From positions 102,610,001-102,674,000 of the forward strand of contig NW_026262581.1 of assembly GCF_021869535.1 (NCBI RefSeq): a DNA stretch of 64,000 bases, given 5' to 3'. The notes beneath the pieces were generated by a model that ran no database searches, was not told where the DNA came from, and was given only the letters and a program-made list of their open reading frames with translations. Both the position numbers and the translations under genes were made by a program. The first letter of the stretch is position 1; each line of letters opens with the position of its first letter. This stretch comes from Mytilus californianus (taxonomy: Eukaryota). Of the stretch, positions 13,181 to 25,368 are shown piece by piece.

Positions 13181-13789
13181 CAGTCTATGTTTTGCTATGG
13201 GAAACCCCTAAAGGAATACAAAACATAATTAGTATGTGCACATTGATACCATGTAAAAAATAGTCCTGTGACTCCAAGTACGGAACATTTCCCCTGCATT
13301 TAGTTGTTCCTGGGATCAAACGCTGGAGAATAGTGAAACATTGTAAAATTGGTTAAAATCCTAACTACGATATACTTATTAAAATGATTTTTCAACAATT
13401 AAACACATTATATAACTAAAAGAAATTTCAGCATCAAACATTGCTGTTGAAAACAATTTAATGCACTATTGCTTATTTTGGATAATTTTTGTAAAATTTT
13501 GCACTGAAGAAAATTAAACCGAGGTAAAGTTATAATTTGTTACTTTTGATAGATAATCATGTTTTGAATCACTAATTTGCCGAAATCTTTCAAAAATGCT
13601 GTTTTCAGTCATCTCTAAACATTTATGAATTAATTTTACACGTTCAAAGGACCCATATGAAGTTGTGATACTGTAAATTTTAGTAAATATCTAAATACTT
13701 TCTGAAACCGGTACTAATGTGAAATCCAATGAAAAAAATTACCCTACCTCATTCATTGAAATTTAATTAGTAACAATCATAAATTGGAA

Positions 13790-13925
13790 ACAACTGCCAG
13801 ATAAAGTTGTGCATGCAGATTCTGTAGAGGTATTCGAGACCGCTCTACAGAAACACCGCCCATAACAACGGCGCTCTTCTCCACCGTGTATAAAAGCCTA
13901 AATACCAATACAGATACAGATACAC
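13790..13925 (+). mobile_element. 3' end of a CR1/L2-like LINE with a (GATACA)n tail
   Basis: NWKQLPDKVVHADSVEVFETAL matches the WNxLPxxVVxAxSxxxFK C-terminal motif and is followed by a short tandem tail. Confidence 0.65.
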
Positions 13926-14879
13926 CGATAAGTAAATGTGTGGCATGTCGCAATAACTTTACTTTAAAATTCAAATGCCAAATTATTACAGCATACTTTG
14001 GAGAGAAGATTGCCGGTTTGAAATGTCTTGATTTATTCGCATTGTATATATCCAAATACAATTTCTTTAAATTTGCCTTTCAAAAGAGTTAATCTTTGCT
14101 TCATATAATTTTATTTTCCTCATAGAGGTTGGTCCGCTTGGATCAGAAGTTCTTCATTGCATAGCAACATACGGATTTCATACAAAACTCCATAACCTTC
14201 TGATCTCCTTAATTGTTTGTTATGTCTAGAAAATTATGAAATGTTTAATTTGGTTACCCAGTTTCATTGACCCCTACGCGACGCGTTGCAGGGACACAGA
14301 AACACCGAGCTTCCGTCTGTGCACCCGTGCGTCCGTCCGTGCATACTTTTTTTTACCATTTTTCCACTGTCTTAAAAGTTCAAGGAATTAACATTAAATA
14401 AATCACTCTCTTCAAGTTAAAACATTGGTGCTTATAAATAAATCAAACTGATGTTCTTCTATATAAAACAAATGACATTAATATTTCATTTTAGCTGTCA
14501 AAAAGTCTATCAATATAGAAAAGGGTGCTTCGTGTGTTCAAGTTAATTACTATTAGCATTTAACAATAAACATTTGTCCATCCTGCACAATGAAGCCAGC
14601 ATCACACACACAATCATGTAAGAGGTAAAGCCTCTTAGAGCCTAAACTTTCTTAGTTCTCTGCTTTGGGAGACATATAAAGTTAACTATCTACATGTAAG
14701 TAATTCGACAAAACATAATTTGACAAAAAGTTCACTATAGTTCAGAAATTGAAACTCATTTTTAGTTACGCAAAACATGAGACCCACGCCTCTATCAATC
14801 TATGTTTTGTTTGGGTGAATATATCCTACTATTTTCACTAATACATGTCTACAAACCTACCTTGATAATCACATAAACG

Positions 14880-15290
14880 GTACCATTTTTTCTGCACCAG
14901 ATGCGCATTTCGACAACCAGTGTCTCTTCAGTGATGTTCGATACATAATTTATATTTGAAAATCCTAAGTTTATTAAAAAGATGAAGAGCTATAAAGCAA
15001 AAAGGACAAAAAAAGTATAGCCAAAACCGGGCAAAGAATCAGAGCTTTGCATGAGGGAGATATATTCTTTAATTTAAAATAATTTCCTAAATTTTGTAAC
15101 AACAAAACAACACAAAATCAGTATTTTCATGCCAGTACCGAAGTCCTGGCTACTGGGCTGGTAATTCCCTCGGGGACTATCAGTCCACCAGCAGAGGCAT
15201 CGACCCAGTGGTAGTAATAACTTCCATTTACTGTTCTTGATCAGTCGATGGACAAGGCCTTCTTTTATAAACGCAGTTTTAGTAGTAAAT
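14880..15290 (-). repeat. Interspersed repeat carrying a hammerhead-core-like motif
   Basis: Minus strand CTGAAGA-GACA-CTGGT-TGTC-GAAA at 14931-14908; the same motif family recurs at 49338-49361. Confidence 0.6.
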
Positions 15291-15348
15291 GAACATGTCA
15301 TCATGCTTTCAATTATAAAAGAGAGATGACTTTTGTTCAACTATTCAG

Positions 15349-15476
15349 TGTCGGACTATTGGGGCGTCGGACCAATGGGGTGTCGGACTAATGGGGCGTC
15401 GGAGCAATGTAGTGTCGGACTAATGGGGCGTCGGACTATTGGGACGTCGGACCAATGGGGTGTCGGAATATCGGGG
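15349..15476 (+). repeat. 16-bp minisatellite, 8 units (YGTCGGACYAATGGGG)
   Basis: Units counted directly at 16-bp spacing; GC-rich island in an AT-rich context. Confidence 0.95.
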
Positions 15477-15719
15477 CTGCCCCAATTTTATATTTACAGA
15501 CCAAAAATGCAAAGCGGACAAGTAAATTTTGTAACATTTAAAACTATCTTAAAGAAAATTTGTAAATTGAAAAACATCATATTTTATAAAAAAAATAAAG
15601 TATTGCAAAAAGCGTAATCCTGCTGGAAGCCCTTGCTCCAACTAATAGAATAATTAAAACAAGAAAACTTTGATTTAAGTAATATAAATATTCTCCAAAT
15701 CCAGACTGCCTGGGTTTTT

Positions 15720-16370
15720 ATCCTTACCATTTATCTATAAGTTTGTCAAACGATTTAAAGAAACAACCATTTGGATTTGTCTTGGCTATGTCAAGGATTG
15801 ATTTTGTAAATAGACGAATTACCGTATTTTTAACATATAATATTGATACATGTACTTTTGTCAATAAACTAATTACAAAAAAAAAGATATATATAGTTTC
15901 CATCTGGGTTTGATTTGAAATCCATTAAATCAACATGACTGTCCTCTAACTCTTTGGATAAAATGGGTTTCACCGCTACTCCCTTCCCTATATGTGCTCT
16001 TTCTCCATGTTACAATTTTAACAAAGTGAAAGAAATCGTTCAATGGCATCACGGGAAATGTTTGCATAGCCATTATTAAATTGTCCTTAGGGAGCTACCA
16101 TTTGATTTTTATGGGGGGTGGGGGCTAGAATTTTATTTTTCACTCTATTCGGTCGTGCCTTTTTTTATTAGTTTATCCTGACTTTTTTTTACATAAATTG
16201 TCATCCTGCCTTTTTTTTTTTTTTTGCAAAGTTGCCATCCTGCCTTTTTTTCACTTAAAACTCCTGTCCTGCCTTTTTTCATATTTCATCCTAGCACCAC
16301 CCCCCCCCCCCCCCCCTCCATAAAAATCAAATGGTAGCTCCCTTAAATCGTACGGTCTCTGAGTCATGAA
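15720..16370 (-). pseudogene. KRBA2/SCAND3-like integrase remnant, downstream part (copy 2)
   Basis: Paralog of 2084-2763; RDRTI*GQFNNGYANISRDAIERFLSLC is in frame once the MITE is removed. Confidence 0.7.
16090..16342. mobile_element. MITE with ~28-bp TIRs and TTA target duplication (PIF/Harbinger-like)
   Basis: tta|GGGAGCTACCATTTGATTTTTATGG ... CCATAAAAATCAAATGGTAGCTCCC|tta. Confidence 0.9.
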
Positions 16371-17606
16371 CTGGGGCCTGGTGTATCTTTCCTAAATAGG
16401 TTTATCAAACACCCTTAAAATACACCTGTGACGTAAATCTTTTGTTCAAACTCTCCATTTTTTTTTACGAATGGAGAGTTATTTTCTATTTTTCATCTTC
16501 ATTCATCCGGACGTTTTGCCCTTTGGATATTTCCATGGGCACTTTCTTAAAAAGTGTTCACCTATGGAAATAATTCTAAGGGACGAACGCGATAATGAAT
16601 GAAGATGAAAACTTACTAAAACGGTTGATTCTGGAATTTAAAAAAAATGGGATCGTAGTAATACAATACGGTTGATATTGGAATTTAAAAAAATTGGGAT
16701 CGTAGTAATACAATGAACACCAAATATCTCATTATTAATTAACAGCTTTTATTTGCGAGTCGCAATTCCATCGTATAATATATAGTATCGTATTCACTAA
16801 AATTCAAAAACATTATCCACAATTTGTTTTCCGATGCAAATCTTGGCTGAATTTCTGTCACGGATAATTCCAAACGGGTAAACACGAATATTTTCCATTA
16901 AGTGCCATTCCTCACCTGTGCATCTACAAAATATGAAATGTTTTATCTCAGTTGAATTCTTTTGTAATATTGAACACATTAACATTATTCAATAAGTAAA
17001 ATTAGAGAAAAATATATTTCACTTAAAGATTTGCTTTTAATTTTACCGGTCAAGATATCATTTCCTTGAAATTTGAAGTGTAGTATTTAGATATTGTACA
17101 GCAAAATATCGTTTGTGTTTCATTTTAATATGTACATTAAAAACTGAAAAATTACTCGGATAGTTTCTACAATAATATTGTGGTTTAATAGAATAAATAG
17201 TTCAAGAAACTGAAATGGTCAAAATGGCGTATTCGGTATAGTATTTGATTGACCGTTGTTATAATTAGAATATAGTACTAACGAACAGAATTTGAGGGGT
17301 ATGAGTAACATTTGAATTAGGCTTGTGTTAAATATTGGTTGGTTTTTTGTATTCAATTTTCAACAGAAACGCATAACAATATCGAATTCCTTCACTGTTG
17401 TTATTTGTCCAGTGGCAAATATAACAGTTATATCGGCAGTGCAAATGACGATGTTAATCTTGAAATGTTTAAATGACATCAAAAAACAGTTTTCCACTTC
17501 AGTTACAGACATACAAAACGGAATCCAGAAATGTTTTTAATTAAGTTTTTTTTTCTAAATTAAGGAATTTAGGGAAGAATGAAAAATATTGTCAGTTTGC
17601 TATCAT

Positions 17607-17862
17607 AGATATAAGAAGATGTGGTATGAGTGCCAATGAGACAACTCTCCATCCAAGTCAAAATTTATAAAAGTAAACCATTATAGGTCACAGTACGGTC
17701 TTCAACACGGAGCATTGGCTCACACCGAACAGTAAGCTATAAAGGGCCCCCAAAATTACTAGTGTGAAACCATTCAAACGGGAAAACCAACGGTCTAATC
17801 TATATAAAAAACGAGAAACGAGAAACACTTATGAACCACATCAACAAACGACAACTACTGAA
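17607..17862 (+). repeat. Family C insertion specific to duplicate copy 2
   Basis: The empty site GCTATCATTGCTA is at about 9353-9365 in copy 1; CAT is present at both junctions. Confidence 0.85.
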
Positions 17863-18226
17863 CATTGCTATTTAAGACTCATCTAAAATATGCATAACAT
17901 TTTTTTCATTGTTATGAGCAAAGGGAAAGAATAAATGTTGAGTTATGCACGAAACGCTGTTTTCTTGCTTAATTTTATTTGATCTAATAGAATGGTTTGG
18001 AATATAGAATCATATTTTGTGTCAGATATGACTTATAATCGAGCACACCCTCATTAGTTAAATAACCTAGACTAGAGTGTTACATACCTGGAAATTTATT
18101 CTAGTTGTACCATTTCCTTTTTCATAGACGATTCTACATCCAAGATTTATCAAATGAAAAACACACATAATCCATTCACTTATATGCATGAAAACTAGTT
18201 TTTTTCTCTTCCGAAATACCACTTAA

Positions 18227-18850
18227 GGTTCATCATAGCCTTTCGGCTAATATGGCCGTATTTACACCACAAATTTCACTCTGAGTACAGACAAACCTGT
18301 TCACCTGGATAATTAAATTTTAAATGCATTTTATGTTTCAGAAAATTATATAAACTTTTCTGGATTTTGCTATTCATTTTTTTTTTTCATTCTTGCAGAA
18401 GGTGCCAAAAATGAACTAAATGGGGAAAAAAGTTTGAGAACCTCCCCTCATATAATAAATGTTGTGAGTAGAATTGGTTTAAATGGACAATAGATGGACA
18501 CTAGGCATCTGCAAACAATAGGTGATTTAAACTGTGTAACTGAGTGGACCGTATCAAATGAAACTCATGTGTGTTTATTTTGCTATCTTCTGCAGATTGG
18601 AAAAAATGCACATAAAAATTCAGGTAAGTTTTTAATTTTCTGAAACATAGACTATGTTGTTGTCTGTTCTATGGTCGGGTTGTTGTCTCTTTGACACATT
18701 CCCCATTTCCATTCTCAATTTTACTACATATAACTTTTATATATCTAGGTCCTGCCATGCCTTAAATTTCCTAGATGCATCAGTTTGTCTGTACTCATAG
18801 TAGATTTTGTGGTGTAAACATGGCCATTTTTCAATTCCTTTTGATGAACC
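18227..18850. mobile_element. Kolobok-like MITE (TTAA TSD, ~80-bp imperfect TIRs)
   Basis: ttaa|GGTTCATCA..TGGCC.TATTTACACCACAAA..TGAGTACAGACAAAC ... GTTTGTCTGTACTCA..TTTTGTGGTGTAAACATGGCCA..TGATGAACC|ttaa. RR termini plus TTAA fit Kolobok rather than piggyBac. Confidence 0.8.
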
Positions 18851-19510
18851 TTAAATAAATGAACATGGGTTAAAATATCAAAAAATATTTCCTTTGAAAA
18901 AATATTTGAATACAAACAAAAAAGATTTATAAAAAGGGAGTCCATTCCCAAAGCACCTGTGATCCGTAATGAAATAATTTATGTACTCCGTATTTATATG
19001 AAAGATGCACGAGATTTGCCTTTGAACGCTGTAAAGTTTAAAACGTGCCACTCCGAATTAAACTCACTCAAAAATATGTAATGATTGTTTTCGATTATTT
19101 TTTATTAGTTTTCACTATTTACAAATAATTTGTTCACAATAATTATATAAAACGTTGTTAAATTGTTTTCGTTTTGGTTGTATTTCATAAAGTTTGAATG
19201 TACAATTATTAGATAAATATTATTTATTATCCTTATAATAATACTAATAATATTTCTAATTTCTAATCTTATAATTATTTACTACTGGTGATGTTCGATG
19301 CATTCTTAAACATTAAAATTTTTAAAATCCTATTTTTCTTTATGCTAACACTTAGGACAGCGGTTAGGACATCCTAGCTAAGATAGTCCTTAGATAATTT
19401 CGATGTGCTTGCTGAGACATGCATCGTAAGTCGGTCCTAACTTATTCTTATTTATTCCTAAGATAAGTCTTAGGACAGATCCTAGGACATCTTCGATAAA
19501 CAGGCCCCTG

Positions 19511-19780
19511 TTTCTTTATTTGCCATTTCCAAAATACCATACAGTTCTTCTAGAAAACACCTTAATCTTGAGATTTCCCTCGTCTTTCAAAGCCTTGAAA
19601 GATAAAAATATCCCACCTTTTCAAATTGTAATATTCTACAGTTGTGTTCTCTTCGAAGAATTTTAAAAGTTTAATCTTTGACAAAAGATCATTGTACATC
19701 TGTCTTGGGTATATGTCCCTTGTTTTCTCCGATTCACTTCTAGGCCGCAAACAAACAAGAAATGTGTCCTCAATAGACAT
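19511..19780 (-). pseudogene. KRBA2/SCAND3-like integrase remnant, upstream part (copy 2)
   Basis: Paralog of 10259-10520 (ORF 19562-19780). Confidence 0.7.
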
Positions 19781-22700
19781 CTTGTCACTTAACTGCTAAT
19801 AATCCAGATTAAGAAGTAAAACAGACAAAATGTGTAAACACAATAAAATAAGTGGAAAAACGATGGGAGAAAAAATCACATCTACATTTGTTTAAGTTTG
19901 CCCAGCTCAAACCAGCTCCACATTCTTGAAGGCCGTACGGTTGCCTATAATTGCTAACATCCACTTTATTTGAACTTTGGTGGAAAGTTGTCTCATTGGC
20001 AATCATACTTCATCTCCTTATTTTTATATCGACCCGAGTGAACTGTGAATTCTCTTCAAATAAAAGAAATCTTCAACCCCCTCCCCATTTCCATTAAATA
20101 CAATCACATATTTAAAACGTATTGTTTTTTGATACCACAAAGAAATACGAGTTAATTTTGTTTTGAATATGGAAAAATACTTAAATATCAAGATCTGTTA
20201 AATGAATGAATATTTATTTGGAATATAATTCAGAAAATACTACATGTATACATCAAGAATATTTAACCGAATGTACATGTATTTTGGGAGATACAACAAA
20301 ATCCCAAAATTTACTTAATAGATTGACTTATCCTCAATAGATTTCAGTAAAAAACGTAATGCCTGAAAATTTTTGGCAATAACTTAACGCATAGGTGTAA
20401 GTTTATTGCCTAGGATGTTATAGGCTTAATGTCTAATTTCATTTATTGCCACCAATATATATGCATGTACTTTCTTTTATCGGAAAAAAAATCGTTTGGG
20501 TAGAAAAGGAGGGATTTGCATAAATAAAATGATATTATCAAACTATTAAAAAAATTAATTATTTGAGTATGTGATAAATACGTAAATCTGGGATATACGT
20601 AAATTGATATAATGAAGCAGGTGTTAGTTGAGGCCGAGATTGCTCTGACGTCTGACGATCTGTTTTAAAGACTTGCTTTGACCGTGGGACGAATAAGTTT
20701 ACACGGTGTAATGCCAGTTACAAACATTTTTAAGAAAATATTTTATAAGAACATACATGTATTTGTAGAAACCGAAATAAGAAAAACATTAATAAAACAA
20801 CATTTAAGGTAATCCTTGCTCAAAATTTGAACTGCATCGTGCCGCGCATCCCTACGGTTTTGGCTGATAACAGTTTACCGAATTTTAAAAGTACTCTTAC
20901 GCTTTCAAGTTTCCGTTTTTTATACTTAATAACTTCACAGTTTGAGGTTAGACTTTTTAACGTAAAAGAAAATGTGTATCAATGATGTTAGCGTCCATTC
21001 AGTTGGAGTGAAAATATCCTACACCATATCACCAACCTTCGACTCTTACGACTGACATGTTTCTTGGTGAAATAGAAATTTGACCAAGAATGTTTTTTGA
21101 CCAAGAATGTTTATTAAGATAAGTTTGCTTCAAATTGATGTGGGAGAAGACAAGGTGTACTGTAAGCTAATAACCGACTTATTATTTCCCCGCTCAATTT
21201 TGTTGACTTAATGTGACAAATATTTCATATATATATATATATATGCATGATATAAAAGTTTTAAGCAAACAGGAAGTACAACATCGAAACAACCGAAAAC
21301 ATGTCACACGATATTGCAATACCAGGTGAAGCTTCGTGAATACTGAAGATCGGTTAGATACTACTAAAAAGAAAAAAAAACACTAGGTACTAATCTAAAA
21401 GTACTCGCAGTTATTAAAAGCTAGTTTAAAGCCAATTTCATGACACATGTCTTACTTTTGTCGCAGGAGAAGGAAAATTTCTTGCAGAGTTAAAAAAAAA
21501 AAACTCCCTGCTCAACAGCTCAAATATAACAATGTCCAAGTTATGCTAAAGAAAATATAAATATACAGTAGCACTAAGTACACTATATTTCTATTAAAGT
21601 TTCATTGAAATCAAGTCCATACATTTTAGATAATTTATTTATACACAATGACGTCAATCAACTTTTGTAAATATAGCAGTCTATGTTTTGCTATGGGAAA
21701 CCCCTAAAGGAATACAAAACATAATTAGTATGTGCACATTGATACCATTTAAAAAAAAGTCCTGTGACTCCAAGTACGGAACATTTCCCCTGCATTTAGT
21801 TGTTCCTGGGATCAAACGCTGGAGAATAGTGAAACATTGTAAAATTGGTTAAAATCCTAACTACGATATACTTATTAAAATGATTTTTCAACAATTAAAC
21901 ACATTATATAACTAAAAGAAATTTCAGCATCAAACATTGCTGTTGAAGACAATTTAATGCACTATTGCTTATTTTGGATAATTTTTGTAAAATTTTGCAC
22001 TGAAGAACATTAAACCGAGCTAAAGTTATAATTTGTTACTTTTGATAGATAATCATGTTTTGAATCACTAATTTGCCGAAATCTTTCAAAAATGCTGTTT
22101 TCAGTCATCTCTAAACATTTATGAATTGGTTTCACACGTTCAAAGGACCCATATGAAGTTGTGATACTGTAAATTTTAGTAAATATCTAAATACTTTCTG
22201 AAACCGGTACTAATGTGAAATCCAATGAAAAAAAATTACCCTACCTCATTCATTGAAATTTAATAAGTAGTTTGAAAGTTACTGTTAGTTAAGAAACATT
22301 CGGATAAAAAACAACAGGAGATGCACACTGACACTGTCTAAGAGAGTCAGATCCTATCAAATTCAATTTAGTCATACCAAGTCAAACTAAATCTTTACCA
22401 CTTTTAACAATTGGTGTATGACAAACCATATTTATATTAAGTCAACGTTGAAGATATCCCAATCTTAAAAAAAGATATTTCTAATCTTATACGATATCAC
22501 CTTTCTTTAAAAGATAGCGTATAAACTTTCTTTTATATCTCATTTTATATATGAACAAAATATCAATGATACATGATATCTGATATAATATGTAAGATAT
22601 ACAATGTACAATGTATTATATGTATGTTACGATATAACTTATAAATAAAGTTTTATAATTAAATCTTCTATTCTTTTTTTAAATATCTGATATATACATA

Positions 22701-24223
22701 ACAGTCGGCCGGCATATTCAATTCTTAGTGTGCCTGTCCCAAGTCGATAGCTTGTAATTAGTGATTGTTTTTGGTTTCTGTCTGTCTTATTTGTTTTTTG
22801 TTGTTATTTTGTCATAATTTGTTTTTTCTCGTTTGAATTTTTCACCTTTTGATTTGTCGGGACCTGTAATGGCTGACTATACGATACAGACTTTGCTCAT
22901 TGTTGAAAGCCTTACGGTGACTGTAAGTTGCTTACATCCACGACATTTGGACTCTGGTGGATAGTTGTCGAATTAACAATCATATCACTTCTCCTTATTT
23001 TATATGTACCGATTATCAGGTTGTCTGCATATTAATATTATAAAATATCAGATGAGAGTCATAATATGAAGCTTTTTGTCGAGTGCGCGCAGCGAACGAG
23101 TTTAAAAAGGCTTCGATTTGTGTCGAACAGGTGATATTTTACAATATAAATATGATGAAAATCTGATAATCGATATGTCGGAATGTATTTGTGTATTTTG
23201 CATGAAAGAAACAAGTGTGTTTCTTTGTTTCACCAGCAAACCGGAAGATAACTTGATAGAATAAGTTCGCGTCAACGTCGGTTCAGTCATTATGACGTCG
23301 GTAATATTTCCAGGTCAAAATTATTTAGGCCGGGTTAACGTATTTGACGTCACAAAGCTGTGATATGCAATTTTATGAAGAGCTGAGCAGAGTGTTACAT
23401 ACAGACAGTGGGAACACCGATACATGTATATATATATCTATCCCAAATGCTGTTTATTGTGGGGTTCGTTTTGCTTAGACTTAAAGCATTGTAGTAAGGT
23501 AGATAACTCGTATTGTATGACATGACGAGGACGGACAAGGAGAGAACCAGAGACGAGGACGGAGTAGGAGAAAACTGGAAGAAGTGTGCGTGCGGAAGGA
23601 TCTACATCTTGAGAGAGATTAGTTGCAGACAAGTCATCAGAGAAACGTAGAGAGTGATATTCGGAGTAGTTTGTGTTTCTACTTAAAACTCGAACCCGAA
23701 CATTGACTATCAAAGCATATATTTGGTAGGTACGCTTAAATACACATCAAATGGCGTCTACTCGCTGGGTTTAAGTGTTGAAAAAGTGATTCAAAGGGGA
23801 AAGTGCAGAAAAAAGAAGTTCGAAAATGGGAGCACATGTTGCTGACAGTTTAAAAGGAATTGTGGTGTGAAATTCAAAATTTTATAAGGATAAATGTGAA
23901 TGGGACTACTATTTTCAGGGAATTGTAAGTAGTTTTGTGTAAGTTTTAAAAGGTTTAGAAAGTATTCTTAAAGTGTCGACACTTGCCTTTTTTTTTTACC
24001 ATAAATCGCTCAGATGAGACATTTCGTCATTTTCCGGCAAATTAGACATTTTACCGTTAAATCGGTCAAATTAGACATATTACCGTCAAAAAGTAAAACA
24101 ACAAAAATAAAAACTCCAAGGAAAATTCAAAACGGAAATTCCCTTATCAAATGGCAAAAACTCAAACACATCAAACGAATGGAAAACTATGGTACGCCAA
24201 AACTGTCTTGTTATGACCATTTT

Positions 24224-24747
24224 CATTATATGATGTGCATTTGCCTTTATATGATGTGCACTTGTCATTATATGATGTGCAAACACCTTTATATGATGTG
24301 CAAATATCCTTATATTATGTGCAAGTATCCTTATATGATGTCAAAACATCCTTATATGATGTGCAAATATACTTATATGATGTGCATATATACTTATATG
24401 ATGTGCAAATATATTTATATGATGTGCAAATGTACTTATATGATGTGCAAATGTACTTATATGATGTGCAAACATTCTTATATGATGTGCAAATATCCTT
24501 ATGATGTGCAAATATCCTTATATGATGTGCAAATGTACTTATATGATGTGCAAATATACTTATATGATGTGCAAATATACTTATATGATGTGCAAATATT
24601 TTTATATGATGTGCAAATCTACTTATATTATGTACAATCAGCTTTATATGATGTGGTTGTGTCATTATATGATGTAGTTGTAACCTTATATGATGTGGTT
24701 CGGTTTACTTCATTATATGATGTCGAAACGTCATTATATGATGTGCT
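24224..24747 (+). repeat. 21-bp minisatellite, about 25 units (TTATATGATGTGCAAATATAC)
   Basis: Homogeneous centre with diverged edge units; one shortened unit near 24500 shifts the reading frames. Confidence 0.95.
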
Positions 24748-25146
24748 TTCATCGTCGTTATGGTCAATGAACATGATTACGATTAGAACGATTACTGTCT
24801 ACGTCATAACTGATTCCGATCTGCTTCTGTGGAATTACTATAAACCTGGCGCAAATCTGTAGCTATCGTTTGGAAAATGGTTGAGATTTAAAAAGAGATA
24901 AACCTTGGCTTGTTGGTACCTCGTTTTAAGATGAAAAAGATCACATCTGACATTGTTGGAAAATTGTCAAAATATGAATTGCAAAGTTCAGTTTTAATCG
25001 ATGGGTCTACAAATTGAGTACAATAATAAACACTAGAACACACCCGCGAAATCGCGGGTACTTAGAGCGTTGTTGATGGTATGTAAACTGTTGTAGGATG
25101 AATTTTTGTAAAAGATTTTATGACTGGAGTATTTCAGGAAAGTCAG

Positions 25147-25368
25147 GAAGGGTGCCACATGTGGAGCAGGATCTGCTTACCCTTCCGGAGCACCTGAGAT
25201 CACCCCCAGTTTTTGGTGGGGTTCGTGTTGCTTAGTCTTTAGTTTTCTAAATTGTGTCATCTGTACTATTATATGTCTGTTTATCTTTTTGTTTTTGGCC
25301 ATGGCGTTGTCAGTTTGTTTTCGATCTATGAGTTTGACTGTCCCTCTGGTATCTTTCGTCCCTCTTTT
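25147..25368 (-). repeat. Interspersed repeat family A
   Basis: Reverse complement of 2821-3030; both give the same spurious ORF KRGTKDTRGTVKLIDRKQTDNAMAK. Confidence 0.9.

Larger units (their letters stand above)
1838..13768 (+). repeat. Segmental direct duplication, copy 1 (expanded by insertions)
   Basis: 1838-2820 aligns by eye to 15484-16420, and 8793-13768 to 17036-22268, collinear with scattered substitutions and insertion polymorphisms. Confidence 0.95.
16374..19507. mobile_element. Harbinger-like non-autonomous TIR element (copy 2)
   Basis: ctg|GGGCCTG...GATAAACAGGCCC|ctg (TSD at 16371-73 and 19508-10); same subterminal motif cluster as copy 1. Confidence 0.8.
15484..22268 (+). repeat. 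Segmental direct duplication, copy 2
   Basis: Same sequence order as 1838-13768. Lacks the Ngaro element and the 12566-13180 insertion; has its own extra segments at 16421-17035, 17607-17862 and about 18189-18940. Confidence 0.95.

Noticed and set aside
16797-16985. Harbinger transposase C-terminal remnant
   Set aside because: It lies inside the TIR element and its end loosely resembles such C-termini, but no DDE motif is visible, so it is too weak to call.
24014-24862. 282-aa ORF and overlapping ORFs with YMMCK/YDVQ repeats as a real gene
   Set aside because: They are explained by a stop-free 21-bp unit. The ORF is a patchwork of repeat fragments and switches frame mid-array.
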